Positions 23,010-37,578 of a DNA stretch of 64,000 nucleotides are shown piece by piece; the first letter of the stretch is position 1, and every line of letters starts with the position of its first letter. Source of the DNA: Paraphysomonas bandaiensis. Lineage: Eukaryota > Protista > Chrysophyceae. Made by a program: the position numbers and the translations under genes. The stretch covers positions 186,001 through 250,000 of the forward strand of contig CBFFRP010000263.1 in the NCBI GenBank assembly GCA_965644295.1, given 5' to 3'. Below the pieces are notes generated by a model. The model made no database searches and was not told the DNA's origin. It saw nothing but the letters and a program-made list of their open reading frames with translations.

Positions 23010-26000
23010 CTACCCACGACGTTTGCTCAGTCTCCAAGAGTCTGGGGGGTTGTATCGATCGAACAGAGGTTCAATCTTTTGTTGCTGCTTCGCCTTACTG
23101 GGCTTCGTCGGGTCGCCTTGTTTGTAGAAGTTGGGGGCAAGTTCTACCAGCCATTTTGGGTCAATGGAAAGCACGTTTCGCATGTACTCCTTTGTGGTCA
23201 GTACCAGCTCATGATATATTACCCATTCAGGGTTCTTGTTAAAGAGTGCTGAGGAGGGATGAATATAGACAGGTTGCGATTCCACCATAGTCTTGTATCC
23301 TTCCTGAGGATCTTTCTTTGCCGCGTTCGTAAAATATCCGGCCACGATACATTTCCGAACCTTATTGAAATTTTTTCCAGCAGAAACAATGTCCATACGG
23401 TAGCGGTCCAGAATGGTCACCAACTGTTTCCGCACGTCCTGTGCGCGTTTCATAGCCCTGGCCTGCAGGAAATTCTCATAGCACCTGGATTACATGTGAG
23501 CACGCGAAAAATCAGGACGACGTTAACTTACCATGGATTCGAGAACTTGGAGGCTTTCCATGCCTCATACACAGCAAGAAGTGTGAGGTGATCGCCTTCG
23601 GCCTGGTTGAACTTTGCCTTCTTCATGTCAGCTTGAGCAGCTTTTTCCTTCGGTCGGTAAAATGGGCTTTCAACTGAAAGCATTGCCACTACGGTGAGTA
23701 TCTCCTCGGAACACCCAATCTCGGCTGACATAATAAGCATCTTCGACAGTGAAGGCTCCAACGGGAACTCTGCCATTTTTCTTCCCAATCGAGTAAGTAA
23801 GCCTTCATCATCAAGTGCTCCCAGCGTAAAGAGTGACTCAAGTGCGCCAACCATGGTTTGCAATGGGGGGGGGTCCTACGAAACAATGTCAGATATCTCC
23901 CCAAATATAAAACTTCACGTACCATGAAATCAAATCCAAGCAGATCATTGATACCCATCGCCTTCAACTGCAAAACAACGTTGCCAAGGTTGGTCCGTTG
24001 TATTTCGGGTATGCTGCTTGGTAACATTTCATTGGCATAAGCCGCTTCTGTGTAGAGTCTGTAGCATTTACCTGGGCCAGTTCTACCAGCCCTACCCGCC
24101 CGCTGCCTCGCTGAAGCGGCAGATATCGGACACACCACCAGACTATCCATCCCCAACTTGGAGTTAAATGCCTTTTGCTTACAAAATCCCGGATCAACCA
24201 CGTAGTAGATTCCGTCGATAGTCAGTGACGCCTCAGCGATATTTGTCGCAATCACAACCTTGCGTGACCCAGGTGGTGCTGGTTCAAATATTCTGGACTG
24301 CATCTCAGAAGGAAGAGCTCCATATACTGGGAGAATTATGAGCTCCGGCGCTAAATCGCCTAAGGCTTTCATACGCCCATATAGTATTTCGGCGCAGGTA
24401 TCGATCTCCTCCTGACCGGTCAAAAATACTAGGATATCGCCCGCAGGCTCAGAAAGGTGAATTTGCATAACTGTAATAAGAGCCGCCTCAAGATAATCGG
24501 GCTCAGGTTCCTTGCAGTAGAGAATCTCAACAGGGAAAGTACGACCAGGGATAGTAAATATTGGACACTCATTAAAATACCGCGAGAACTTTTCGGCATC
24601 CAAGGTGGCTGATGTAACTATGAGCTTGAAATCCTCGCGGGTACGGAGAAGTTTCTTGAGTAGGCCGAACAAAACATCCGTATGTATAGTTCGTTCGTGT
24701 GCCTCATCTAGCATTATAGCAATGTACTTCGACAAAGTGTTGTCTGCTAAGTACTCACGCATGAGCATACCATCGGTCATGTACTTGATTAGTGTCGACG
24801 GAGAAGTGCAGTCCTCGAATCGTATAGTATACCCTACCTCCTGCCCAAGCTGACACCCAAATTCTTCCGCCACACGCTTAGACACGGACATGGCAGCAAC
24901 TCTCCTGGGTTGCGTACACCCTATCATACCCCGGGATGTGAGTCCCATCTCATGCATATATTGTGTCATCTGAGTGGTTTTTCCGCTCCCGGTTTCTCCA
25001 ATAACAACCAATACCTGGTTGTTGGAGATAGCGTTGCATAGCTCTTCCTTAAGGCGAGCTATAGGAAGGCTCTCACGCTGCTCCCTCAAAGGCTTGCTGT
25101 TTATAATACCATAAGAGAGACCTTTACCTTTGGTCTTAGCCTTCCACTCAGGCATCTCGAAGGACCCACCAACATTGATGCTCCGGAGTTCCTGAGCAAA
25201 GTGTCGCTCACCCTTATCTGGCATTGGATCTTCCCAGGGCTTGCTGAGATCCTTAGGAATTGAGTCAATAAGGTTATTAGCCTGTGCTTGCTTTAGTTCG
25301 CGGCGCTCTTTGGACAACTGTGACTGATGCAGGGCCGCCCGCTGCAGCGACCCATCTGGATTTTTAACAATTCGGACAGGCGACATCTCCCTGGTAACCC
25401 TCGTCTGTCCCCTAAGAAACGCTGGCTCCTCCTCATTGAGCTCTATTTCCACCTCTTCTTCTGTCTCGTGCTGCTGCATTAACCCGTGTCCCCCGTCGCG
25501 GTCGAAAGTAGGATACTCGGTAACCGGAAGGACACCGGAGTTGATTAGCTGTTGCGCCTCCCAGAGCTCCGGTGAAGCCAACCGCTTGGTTGCTCGCTTG
25601 CGGGTCTCAGGACCATCGTCATCCATCAAACGACGTACACGCTCACGCTCCTCCGCACTCAAGTGTTGTGCCGGTAGTTGAGGATTATGCGTATTGCTAG
25701 TGCTACTTGACCCCTTTTCAAGGCTGGCCGCTACAGTTGATCTCTGAGGGAATAGATCTTCACCGGTGTTTTGATCAACTTCTTTCATGGAAAGCGCTAG
25801 CTTAGAGCCAACCACAGAAATAACCTTAACACGGACTCGTTGTCCCCGCTTCACTACCTGGCGAGGATCTCGAACCATCCCCTGCTGGATCTGTGCTACA
25901 TGCACAAGACCCTCCTTGCGGTTAAACCCTTCGAGCTCAACAAAGCATCCGAAGTCCAGAGCATTCGTGACTTTACCCCAATAGATGCCATGCACTTCAG

Positions 26001-26663
26001 GCTCTGCAGGAAGTCGAGCAGGGCGTTTGGAAGGGGGCGACGCACTGCGCCTCCTACGCCGACCGCCATCACGACTGCGACTCCTACGTCGGCCATCATC
26101 TCGGCTGCGACTTCTTCGTCGGCGATCATCACGACTACGACTTCTGTCTCGCCTTCTACTGCTGTCTCTATCATCACTCCTATTTCGTTGGTTTCCCCTT
26201 TCCTTCTCTCTCTCTTTTTCTTCCCGCTTCTCTCGCAACTTCGAAGGGTCAGTCTCCTCGTGCATACCTTGAAGAGGTACTGCATCTGTGTTTCGGAGGG
26301 AAAGTCCAGGAAATAAAATGTCTTGTTGGCTGCGAGGCACTGTCACCGGCTGAACATCGCGTCCAGAAGGTTCATTTGGTTTAGTTATTTTACGTATTAT
26401 ACGATGCAAATTCTCAGCAAAAGATGCGGGAAAATCAGCTCCATTCTCAGAAAGAGCTGTTTGAAAGCTCTTGGGACTATCATGCTCCTCCGCTAAGTGG
26501 ATAATGAACTCTACACACAGTCAGTCATGTCACCTCAACATACTCATATATCACATATATTCATACCTGCAAGAGTCTTCTCACTAAAGCCTAAGTGATT
26601 ATCCAGCTCAGCGCATACTTTAGATATTAATCCAATCCTCTGCAGCTTATCTAGCTCCGCCAT
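23010..26663 (-). CDS. DHX8: Pre-mRNA splicing factor ATP-dependent RNA helicase PRP22/DHX8
   Basis: RS-rich region, S1 domain, [25 protein letters not shown]-terminal [21 protein letters not shown]; ATG at 26663; introns at ~26513-26566, 23876-23922 and ~23485-23532. Confidence 0.96.
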
Positions 26664-27323
26664 GACCTAATGAGTTATATAGAAACACTGACACCCTATG
26701 GGTTGAGGGTATTTCTCGGTGCAGGGTCCACACTCTTCGTGAGGAAATTGAGACCTTGATGGAATTAACTATCACAGTATGTATATATATATGAGGAGAT
26801 GAGGAGTGGTGTGATGCTATTGATGGTGGTATACACAGTACTGCTGTACACATACAACCATATACACATACACTGTATTCCGCCATCTGCTGCTACTGCT
26901 GTACTTTCTGTATGCATCTCCGCTCTTGTTATACACTGTATTCTATTCCTTCGACGTGTTCGTCATGATTGAACTTCGACTTCTGCCTACTTCGCATCAC
27001 TGCATTATACTAGAGCTACACATGTACAGTACTCTGTAGGCTGCAGGTGTATGCATGATATCTGAGCTCACAACTGAAGCTGTGTAGATAACACCAACAC
27101 CACTACAATCACTTACATCTATATCTATAGCTAACATCCACCTATCATATATCCGGATATCCGTCCCATTCGCCTGCTGTCTTAACTGTTTGTGTCGATT
27201 GTTTCCTTCACATGTCTGTGATTGAATTGATTAAAGCATAGCAAACACCGCGTAGCATCAGTCTCATTACACACACATCTAATCTTGTCATTTACATATT
27301 TTTAAAAAGGATTTTCAAGTAGA

Positions 27324-28596
27324 ATGAATAGTTTCAGCGGTATAGTGGAGGATGTGAAACAGTTTTGTTGGAAGCATAGAGCTAAGATTGGTGTGGGTGC
27401 AGTGTGTATTGCAGGGGGGGCGGCTGTATACTATTATTACACTCATAAAGAGACATTAACAGACAATTCAGAAGAAGAACAAGAGAGAAGTAAAGACGCT
27501 GAAGGTGCGAAGATTGATGCGGAGGGCACTAGAATGCTTGTAGCGGTCAATGAGCTGTACGGGTTCGCTATTATATATTTCACACCGACCATAAGAGGCC
27601 GAGTTAAAGAGGTCATCGATGTATCGGAAACCATTCGCCGGTTAAAAGAGCTCAAGAGTGATCACTCTGAAGAGAGTCGGGACGAAAAGGTTACATTGTG
27701 GGATGACATTAAGCTCTCGGCGTTCAGCTCTCTTTTGACGACGGTGTACTCTTTGAGTACGGCGTCTGTGTTACTACGGGTGCAAATGCATATCCTTGTT
27801 CGCGATGCGGCTCGTGTAGGAGAGAGTGACCAACCAGAGGAAGATATTTTTAAGGCTCTCTTGGAGGGCACGTATGAAACTTTTTTTGGGCCAGGGATGG
27901 AGAGATTGGCAAATCTGGCCAAGACTGCAGTGGAATCTACTGTAAGTGAGTGGAGTGTGGAGAGCAAGCTAAGTGTGGATTTTGAGGAAGTATGTGATGC
28001 GTTGAGAGCCATGCGGGGTAGATTGGAAGAAGATCAACAGAATATAGTCAACATTCTTCTCTTACGTAAGTACTGTGTGTTTCTCACTTATCCATTGTAT
28101 AACATATTATTGGTATATATTATTGTTAGCGCGTATAGACGTCAACGGTGATATTCCTGAGGCTGCTGAGAGTACCGGGAATATTGTTGACCAGAACTGT
28201 TCACCAGCAGAAACAGACATTGTGAATACATTATTCTCGCAGACCTGGCAAGTGGTTCAGTCCGTTGCCTTCAGGTCAGCCTTGGCGGAATCCTTTGACT
28301 TAGCTTTCGGAATCGTTCTAGACCACCTGAGAGATACTGCATTCTGTGCTGCAGACTCTCCCAGTGCTCTTCGTACTCTCCCTCTAGCTAGTCTGCTCCC
28401 CAAGATTAAGACTGTCACCGCGCGCCTAATTCCTGAACGTATTGAGCACAACCCCGCAGCTGTAGAGGCTATAAAGTCAATTACTGCCGGAACTCGAGTT
28501 GGGGAACTGTGCCATCGTGTGTACTACTCACCCGAGGCTGTCTGTACGCTTACCCCATCACCATCATACTCACATTCGCAACCTGGTGATGCATGA
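27324..28596 (+). CDS. PEX3: Peroxisomal biogenesis factor 3 (2 exons)
   Basis: Basic and TM N-terminus; LWDDIKLSAFSSLLTTVY...LLRVQMHIL; LPLASLLPKI; intron ~28066-28129. Confidence 0.85.
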
Positions 28597-29271
28597 CTTC
28601 GGTATCGATGACAGTTTTTTGTTTTGCGATCTGGAGAATGTGTGCGCTGTACACTGGTGCAAGGGATACATGTCATTACAGAACATTCTATTCGTTGTCG
28701 ATTGACTGTGGATAGTTTTGTAATAATTTTTTGTTTATTTAAGACAGATACATGATTGTATCTTATATTCCAGTGCTTCTTTCTACTGTCCAGTCTTTTT
28801 TTTTAGGGGCGTACATATTCCCTGTACTTATTAGAGTAGCATAGTATCAACTAAAATAAAACAATGATGATGTAGTGTCTTAGTGATTAGACATACGCAT
28901 TGGTGCTGGTTGTAGATAAAGATCATTCTTTAAATCCGATGTATCATATTTTATTATTTTAGTAATTGCTCTCTGTTGAATGTTGAGTTCTGCAGTATGA
29001 TGCGATATATAGATTGTGCGATTGTGCAATAGAATAGGAATTAACTTATTACTCATACGTGTATCGGGTGAATATAGTTACAAAGAAAGTAAATTCAGTA
29101 CCTGATGTGTGACTATATAATATATTAGCATATATTAGAAGCGGCTGGTGATCATCAGATAAACAGCAGATGTTCACCAGATGTTACATGAATATGTTGT
29201 GAAGTATTAATATTAATAATTATATAATTATTTCCTAGAAGTACATTGTGTGAAACAAGCAAGAAGGTTAA

Positions 29272-29677
29272 GGTTTACGTGTAGAGCAAGGTTAAATTCA
29301 GTGTACTGTCCCGCTCAACAAAGTCGGACTCGCATCTTTTCTTGGTGTTCTGGCTGGGGAATAAGTACCGAAGATATTTCTCCAGGAAACTATCGTGAGC
29401 CGCATACATAGTCAGGAGATATTATTCTGCCCACTCAGTATAGCCAAAGCTTGTGTGTCTTTTGGCCCTGACGAATAAACAATAAACTGGCATCCGGGGT
29501 AGTGGACTGCCTGCTAAAGTCAATCATCAGGGCCGTTCACCTTAAAAGCCTTAAGGACTCTAAAGTCAGCTGCATGCTCACTGTTTTATCTTTGAGTGAT
29601 AGAGCGAAGCTGTTGCACCTTGGTGCCTGCGGTAAAAAGTAGGATATCAGAAAAAATATAGGACTGACCCTTAAACC
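29272..29677. mobile_element. Possible TTAA-targeting (Kolobok/piggyBac-like) non-autonomous element
   Basis: TTAA|GGTTTA...TAAACC|TTAA; GC-richer interior with an internal inverted pair GGCCCTGA/TCAGGGCC. Confidence 0.35.
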
Positions 29678-30171
29678 TTAAACGCCTATATAGCTAATAA
29701 TATGGCATTCACTACAACTTTATTGTATACTTTATACTTCATGCTCAAAGCTTTTGACCTTAACGACTATATGAATTACTTAGTGCTCAAGAAATGGAGT
29801 ACGTATTAAAAAAACAAAGTCCATAATTATTACGTTTCCTAAATAGTGTCATAGAGTGGAATCTATGAAATATATGGCATTTTACTGTAATGAATACTCT
29901 ACACGTACAGCACTGAGAATGGCGACCAATTGCAATACTTGGCTCTTGCACAGTAGATTTCAGTACATTCCCGATTTAACTACTATGATCTGTGCATAAT
30001 AACAAGTGTAATGAAAAACCTAAACTATCTACTACTGTACGAAACTATATGCAATATTTGGGCTTGTAAATCAAGTCGTTCAGTCAGCACATAAGTAGCC
30101 TGACTAAAAATGATACTTCAGTACCGGTTCACGAGTTGCACTCCAAAACTTGACTTCCATCGCGTGGAGTA

Positions 30172-32600
30172 TTAAGCAACCTTTTCTTCTCCGTCGTCGT
30201 CAGCTTCTCTTGCAGGACATCGCTGCCGTAGGATCAGCGAATACTCAATCTGGTTCACAGTTGCCACACCGCAACCACATACCTATACACATTACATACC
30301 GATCAAAATATAGTAGAAAAATATATAAGCAACGGTGGTGTTACACAAACGCGGCAACTGCTACACTATCATTCAGAGGCGTACATTGGTAGGAAGTGGA
30401 GGGTCTGCATATTCCCAATACAACGAGCCATCTGTAGGATCGTGGCGCAAAACCTCGACAGTATTTAACGATACAGAACCATTTACTCCACCTATAAATG
30501 AAATAAGGCCATGCAAAGCAAAAGAGGGTTTGCAGTTAAGCACTCTAATGATGCCACAGTAATAACGCCATAACCCCACAAGTACAAATTAGTGAAAGAC
30601 ACAAAACTCTGTCGTTACAGTTGGTTACCCACCAATAACATAAAGGTCATCGTGAAATACTGTTGCTGAACAAAACATTCGTGGAGAATTGAGAGACCCA
30701 ATGTAACACCTAAGATATAACGTCAATAACAATAAAATCCGCATCAAATAGACGACTTTACCACTCATTGGTTTCTGGGTCATATTGCTCCACAGAGTTA
30801 AGATCATGGGTGCCACTGTTGCCACCTATGGCGTACACTTTGTTGCCATAGGCACACAATCCAAATGACCTCCTAGGCGTACCCATAGGCGCAAGAGGAA
30901 CCCACGTCTACACACAACGTAAAGTTGTAAGAAATGTAAGTGAATGTATTAAAACATGGTTTTATCTTCATGGGTTCTATAGAAGCATTTCGTACAAAAC
31001 ACCGTAATTGCAAAAAGTACAACTTGAATTCCAACTACACCTATATAAACATACTCTAACCTGTCGATCTTTTGAATAGCACTCAGTCGAAGTAACAGTT
31101 TCTGCACCAGTAGTAATCCCACCACATACAAAAATAGCGTCAGCACCTCCTACGCTCATAACAGTTGCTCCACAAGCACTTCGGCTCTCCTGTCGTAATT
31201 CTTTGTTAATATATTGCAATACACCACTATATACATCACTTTCAAACAACCACTATATATACCTGCAGTGGTGCACAATCCATCCACTCGCCAGATAAGG
31301 GGTCATACTTCTCCACACTGACCAGGGCCTGTGGACCACACACTCCGCCGATAACGTATATACATCCGTCATATACGACACTTTCACAGGAACATCGCCT
31401 CTGTCGTAAAGGAGCAAGAGACGTCCATGGACAATTACGAACACTCAGGTCGCGAAGGTCCAATACGTCTACACAGCTGCGGGCGCGATTGCCATCATAG
31501 CCACCGAGTAGATATATCTTCGATTGAATACACACAGCTGCGGCGACAGATCGAGGGTGCGAAAACGGAGGCAGAGTAATCCACACAGATAACACTGGGT
31601 CTAGCATATACACAGTATTATACGGGTTGTGATCATCATGGCCGTTGTCTCCACCCAATACCACGATAGAGGAGTACACCGCATCCTTTCGGGCAACCGA
31701 TTCAAGGGTCTTTACACGGGAAGATTCGGGCAGAGCATGCCAGCGATACGCATCCAAAAGAACCCGTTGATATTCTGATGCCTCCGCTGCGCTTCCCGTA
31801 CTGCTTGTTTCAGGACACAGATATGGACACGAGTGAATATGAACTGCAATATCTCTGGCAGACATTAACTCCATTCTTACAGCTGGCAGCAGAGTCGGCA
31901 TATACTTTTTTCTCTCCGCAGGATTTACATCGATCCACTTAACAACCGCTTGAAAGACAGTACACTCACTACGCACAGAAAGTTTATCATTAAAGATATA
32001 TTCCATTAGTCGTTGTGGTGATAGTTCAAGAAATTTTTTGGAGGAAATAATGTGTTCGAAGTTGCGGCAGATGTAAGTGCGAACAACCTCGCATAACTCA
32101 TGGCAGCTGTACAAGTCAGCGACGTAATGCATATGTAAGCAGGAATCAACAGTCAATATTGACGCTAAGAATGCACAACATTTCTCTTTCAAGCTATCAA
32201 GAAATAGCTGGTTAGCAGAATCAAGAATAGCAAACACATTGTCTTGAGTGATGTCGATATTTTCCCCGTATATATGATCTGTTACAATTCGAAGGCAATC
32301 CTCATCATCCAATGGAAGCACTAGAACACTTTCAGCTACGCTTTCTTTCATTGCTGAGGTCAGGCAAGCTCTGAAATACTCAGAGCTTGCAGCTAAAACA
32401 CATCGATGGGCTCGGACTGACTCACTTCCACACTTGAGAGTGATATCTGTGAGTTTATCCGACATGCGCAGAGTTCTCAACTCACTGTATATGTCACACT
32501 TGCTGTCTTCTCCAGGCTTACTTGCCGATGGAAAGAACTTGTTGTGATCAGTGCGTCTTCGTTTAGGAGATGGCTCTATAGTAGTATCCATACTGTTCAT
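30172..32600 (-). CDS. Kelch-like BTB-BACK-Kelch protein, multi-exon
   Basis: BTB LTDITLKCG..AHRCVLAASSEYFRA, BACK domain, Kelch repeats (IYLLGGYDG, IYVIGG, VEKYDP); last exon ends ...DDDGEEKVA*. Confidence 0.9.
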
Positions 32601-33280
32601 ACAAACACCTCTCAGTATACACACACGGGGTCACTATACAGCATGCAGTGATCAGAGGAGATACACAGAGCTCACAGGCATGTATAAGTATATTGTAGTC
32701 GCTGGATTGCTTTTATCTATGTCTGTATCTGGTTAACCAGAGGAACATGAACGAATTCCATAGAAGAAATAGCTACTACGAGGAAGATAGTGTAGCACTC
32801 CCACCTACAGCAGCATAGTGTACATAGCACTGGTATTTTTGTCCACTGCTACTAGTCGTACATGTATATGTACTGCACTGTACCAGTGTATGTCTATTGC
32901 ATTTTTCATGCCCTTGCTGTACTTTTTACTCATTTTTGAGGGAAAGTGTCAGTTGAGTGAAATTTTCGTGGTTATGAGGCCCATCTTACAACACACTGAC
33001 GGTTTGGAATACACACCCTACAGCATAGAAAATACAGTTCACGATATCTCTAATTTTCGTAGATTTTACTTAATATAATCCAAAATTCAGGAGGATTTAT
33101 AAGAAATAAGAGATTTCACATAAATATACGAGATATATTAATTTGCACCGGAAATATCTAGAATTGACTACAATTCACTGGTCCGGTTCGGGTTGCTTTC
33201 AAAGCACTGCTCCAGTTTCATAAGGATAAATATATGAATAAGTCACTTAATGATACTACCACCCGTTATTAATTGAAAAT

Positions 33281-34539
33281 ATGTTAAGCTTTGATGAGTT
33301 CCATGCTATTAATGAGCGAAAGCGGTCCCAAAAGTCAGAGAAGGCCCGTACAGATGATGATTCTTCGTCAGATCAGGTCAGCTCTAAAGCCCCACCTGAT
33401 TCAAGCAATAATTCAGCCTCCTCGACAACCAAATCATCGTTTGGGCTTGGTGATTTCTTAGAGATGCATGAAACGCAGACTGTACTACTCGTTTTATTGG
33501 TTATGGACACGTTTGCTGCTTTTACAGAGGTAGCAGCTATCGAAACAGTGAAACACATTCAGAGTAACACAATGGAATTATTTTTCAAATTGCTGGAGTC
33601 ATTTACTTCTTTTACTGTTTTCTTTTTTGCCCTTGAAATTTTTGCTCTATTTCTAGCATTCCGACTCAGGTTCATTATTCACCTGGGATATCTTTTGGAC
33701 TGTGCTATTATTGGAGTGCAGCTCTACTGTGCTGTGCAAGGTTATGGGCTGGAATGTAGAATCCTTAATATGTTTCGATTTTGGCGACTTGCGCGTTTGT
33801 TTCAGTCTATGGTGAATGTAGAGAAGGAAGCGCACAGAGATACGCAGGCGCTAGTTGAAGGGCTCCGAACAAGGAAGAAGGCACTGGAGGATAGACTGAA
33901 AGCTGCTCAGGAAGACCTCAAGAAAGAACAGGTAGCATTTTTTGCAGTGTAAATGATATATTTAGGTTCCAAGTTGGTTGGTTATATGCTTAAGTTCGTA
34001 GATGACGGTTTGCATATGGCTGGATCTTAGTACATTGTTTTTGTTTGTGTATAGGAGGCACGCGTATCTGTGGAAGATATGCTCCAGGGCTATAAGGAAG
34101 AGGTAGACACTCTCAATGAAGCACTTAAGATAGCTGCTATGGATATTGCAGAAGTTGCAGAAGCCGAGGATGAGTTCTTTATGAGTGATGATGAGGGTGC
34201 GTGTGTATGAATATATTGTTGTCAGCCATATGCATCAGGGTGACATTATATACTGTACGATACTGGTAGCATGAATCAACATTTGTGCACTCTACATGTA
34301 TGAGATACTAAAACTATTCTACAGATGATGACGACCTGCAGAGTGCATCGGCTGGCCTTGATACCCAGTCAGTTTCTGTGGGTAGTGAGAGTTTTGCGAG
34401 CACAGGTGGTCAGCGTCGGAAAGAAGAGCTTTATCGCGAAGTGTTGAAGGACTCCGCTGCAACCGGACAGGCCGCTGTCAGTGCACCTAGTTCGAAAACA
34501 TTTGTGGTTAAAGAGGATGGAACCTTCGAGAAAAAATAG
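33281..34539 (+). CDS. HVCN1: Voltage-gated proton channel Hv1-like protein with long C-terminal coiled coil (3 exons)
   Basis: Four TM helices, S1 Asp (LLVMDTF), S2 F..E, S3 LLD, S4 RFWRLAR (the RxWRxxR signature); no pore domain; exons 33281-33931, ~34054-34197, 34325-34539. Confidence 0.8.
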
Positions 34540-35556
34540 GGCAAATATTTAGCTGAATGTGTATTTTATTAGTTTGTATTCGACTTGAGTGGATGTGTGA
34601 AATATATTGATGTAGTAGTGGCGTACAATAGTAACGAAACGAAGATCATTCCTTCTCAGATAATGTCGACCGTTTGGATTATGTTATTGTAAGTATCTCA
34701 TCACTCTACACGTCAGTGCAGGGGAAGTTCTTTCAGGGGAAGAATCTTGAAAGCTCTTGCTCTGAACATTTGACGGTTTAGTGTGCTACAGGTTAAGTTA
34801 AGTTTACACTTTCTAGTTTCTAGGTAGCTATGCACTAGCAGTTTATCATGGGATGGAATACAACTGGTTTGGTCGTGGCGATAGTATCATGAGTCATAAG
34901 CAGGTCTGCGAAAAGTGATGTACTCCTTATATTGGTAATTTCATATAGAAAAGATAATAATAAATTTGACGGTGAATAACTTTTGGGAAATATTATTCAA
35001 CCTAGTCAAATTGGTTGAATTACCTAGTCACGCTATTTTTGGTGGAATAACCTAGTCAAAGTAATAAATGACTCAACCTAGTCAACTTTGGTATTCAACC
35101 TAGTCGTTCTTATATCCATTGATTACACACTGTGACTGTCTAAGATACCATCTCGCACCACACAATATATTAGTGGCTTACAGAGCATCACAACAAACAC
35201 TCTAACATAACAATAAGCTCATATATACATATCTACATAACACAGATGTACGTGTATGTCTATCTAGCCTATCTGTAGCATGTATGCATATAGCGATGGT
35301 CCCTGTGAGTGTTATGGGGAGGAGGGTCCATGAAGCTGTGGGCATAACTCACTCTATGATCCGCAGGACATCTTGAGATCTTCATATGCTGGGAGTGATG
35401 GCGCTCATCTTCCTTCACTTCAGCACTGAATGAATGACTTCGATTGCTGCATTGGCTTTCAGGGGTGCATAAATCTCCCTATTTTTAGAAAAAAGGAGGT
35501 TTTCAGGGAACAAACTTCTAAAAGCAGCATCATTGAAGTGGACTGTAGAGCAGCAT

Positions 35557-37409
35557 CAGAACATCAGCATCATGAGTGTGTCATCAGAACATCAGCATCA
35601 TGAGTGTGTCATCAGTCTTACAGCATCATGTGTCATCAGAACATCAGCATCATGAGTGTGTCATCAGAACATCAGCATCATGAGTGTGTCATCAGAACAT
35701 CAGCATCATGAGTGTGTCATCAGTCTTACAGCATCATGAGTGTGTCATCAGTCTTACAGCATCATGAGTGTGTCATCAGAACATCAGCATCATGAGTGTG
35801 TCATCAGTCTTACAGCATCATGAGTGTGTCATCAGTCTTACAGCATCATGAGTGTGTCATCAGAACATCAGCATCATGAGTGTGTCATCAGTCTTACAGC
35901 ATCATGTGTCATCAGAACATCAGCATCATGAGTGTGTCATCAGAACATCAGCATCATGAGTGTGTCATCAGTCTTACAGCATCATGAGTGTGTCATCAGT
36001 CTTACAGCATCATGAGTGTGTCATCAGAACATCAGCATCATGAGTGTGTCATCAGTCTTACAGCATCATGAGTGTGTCATCAGTCTTACAGTATCATGAG
36101 TGTGTCATCAGAACATCAGCATCATGAGTGTGTCATCAGAACATCAGCATCATGAGTGTGTCATCAGAACATCAGCATCATGAGTGTGTCATCAGTCTTA
36201 CAGCATCATGAGTGTGTCATCAGTCTTACAGCATCATGAGTGCGTCATCAGTCTTACAGCATCATGAGTGTGTCATCAGAACATCAGCATCATGAGTGTG
36301 TCATCAGTCTTACAGCATCATGAGTGTGTCATCAGTCTTACAGTATCATGAGTGTGTCATCAGAACATCAGCATCATGAGTGTGTCATCAGAACATCAGC
36401 ATCATGAGTGTGTCATCAGTCTTACAGCATCATGAGTGTGTCATCAGTCTTACAGTATCATGAGTGTGTCATCAGTCTTACAGTATCATGAGTGTGTCAT
36501 CAGTCTTACAGCATCATGAGTGTGTCATCAGTCTTACAGCATCATGAGTGTGTCATCAGTCTTACAGCATCATGAGTGTGTCATCAGTCTTACAGCATCA
36601 TGAGTGTGTCATCAGTCTTACAGCATCATGAGTGTGTCATCAGTCTTACGGCATCATGAGTGTGTCATCAGTCTTACAGCATCATGAGTGTGTCATCAGT
36701 CTTACAGCATCATGAGTGTGTCATCAGTCTTACAGCATCATGAGTGTGTCATCAGTCTTACAGCATCATGAGTGTGTCATCAGTCTTACAGTATCATGAG
36801 TGTGTCATCAGAACATCAGCATCATGAGTGTGTCATCAGAACATCAGCATCATGAGTGTGTCATCAGTCTTACAGCATCATGAGTGTGTCATCAGAACAT
36901 CAGCATCATGAGTGTGTCATCAGTCTTACAGCATCATGTGTCATCAGAACATCAGCATCATGAGTGTGTCATCAGAACATCAGCATCATGAGTGTGTCAT
37001 CAGTCTTACAGTATCATGAGTGTGTCATCAGAACATCAGCATCATGAGTGTGTCATCAGTCTTACAGCATCATGAGTGTGTCATCAGTCTTACAGCATCA
37101 TGAGTGCGTCATCAGTCTTACAGCATCATGAGTGTGTCATCAGAACATCAGCATCATGAGTGTGTCATCAGTCTTACAGCATCATGAGTGTGTCATCAGT
37201 CTTACAGCATCATGAGTGTGTCATCAGAACATCAGCATCATGAGTGTGTCATCAGAACATCAGCATCATGAGTGTGTCATCAGTCTTACAGCATCATGAG
37301 TGTGTCATCAGTCTTACAGTATCATGAGTGTGTCATCAGTCTTACAGCATCATGAGTGTGTCATCAGTCTTACAGCATCATGAGTGTGTCATCAGTCTTA
37401 CAGTATCAT
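35557..37409. repeat. 28-bp minisatellite (~66 units) with two alternating variants
   Basis: CAG[AACAT|TCTTA]CAGCATCATGAGTGTGTCAT. Confidence 0.97.
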
Positions 37410-37578
37410 CATGGTCATGTGCATCGAGACTGCCTCACTGGCGCATGCGCAATTGTAGACCCCGGTCCTCAAAACTGTAAGCGCATGGATGTTATAGTCC
37501 AGGGTAGAAATGAGGTTCATTGGTAAGTATAACGACTCATGGATTATTCATCATTAACAGCGAATAAATTTTTATAGG

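Noticed and set aside
23865-23873. Possible frameshift in DHX8 at a G9 run
   Set aside because: After removing intron 23876-23922 the run reads GAC CCC CCC CCA (DPPP) in frame.
35557-37409. CRISPR-like or coding repeat
   Set aside because: Only two recurring spacer states; the 28-nt period introduces stops in all frames.
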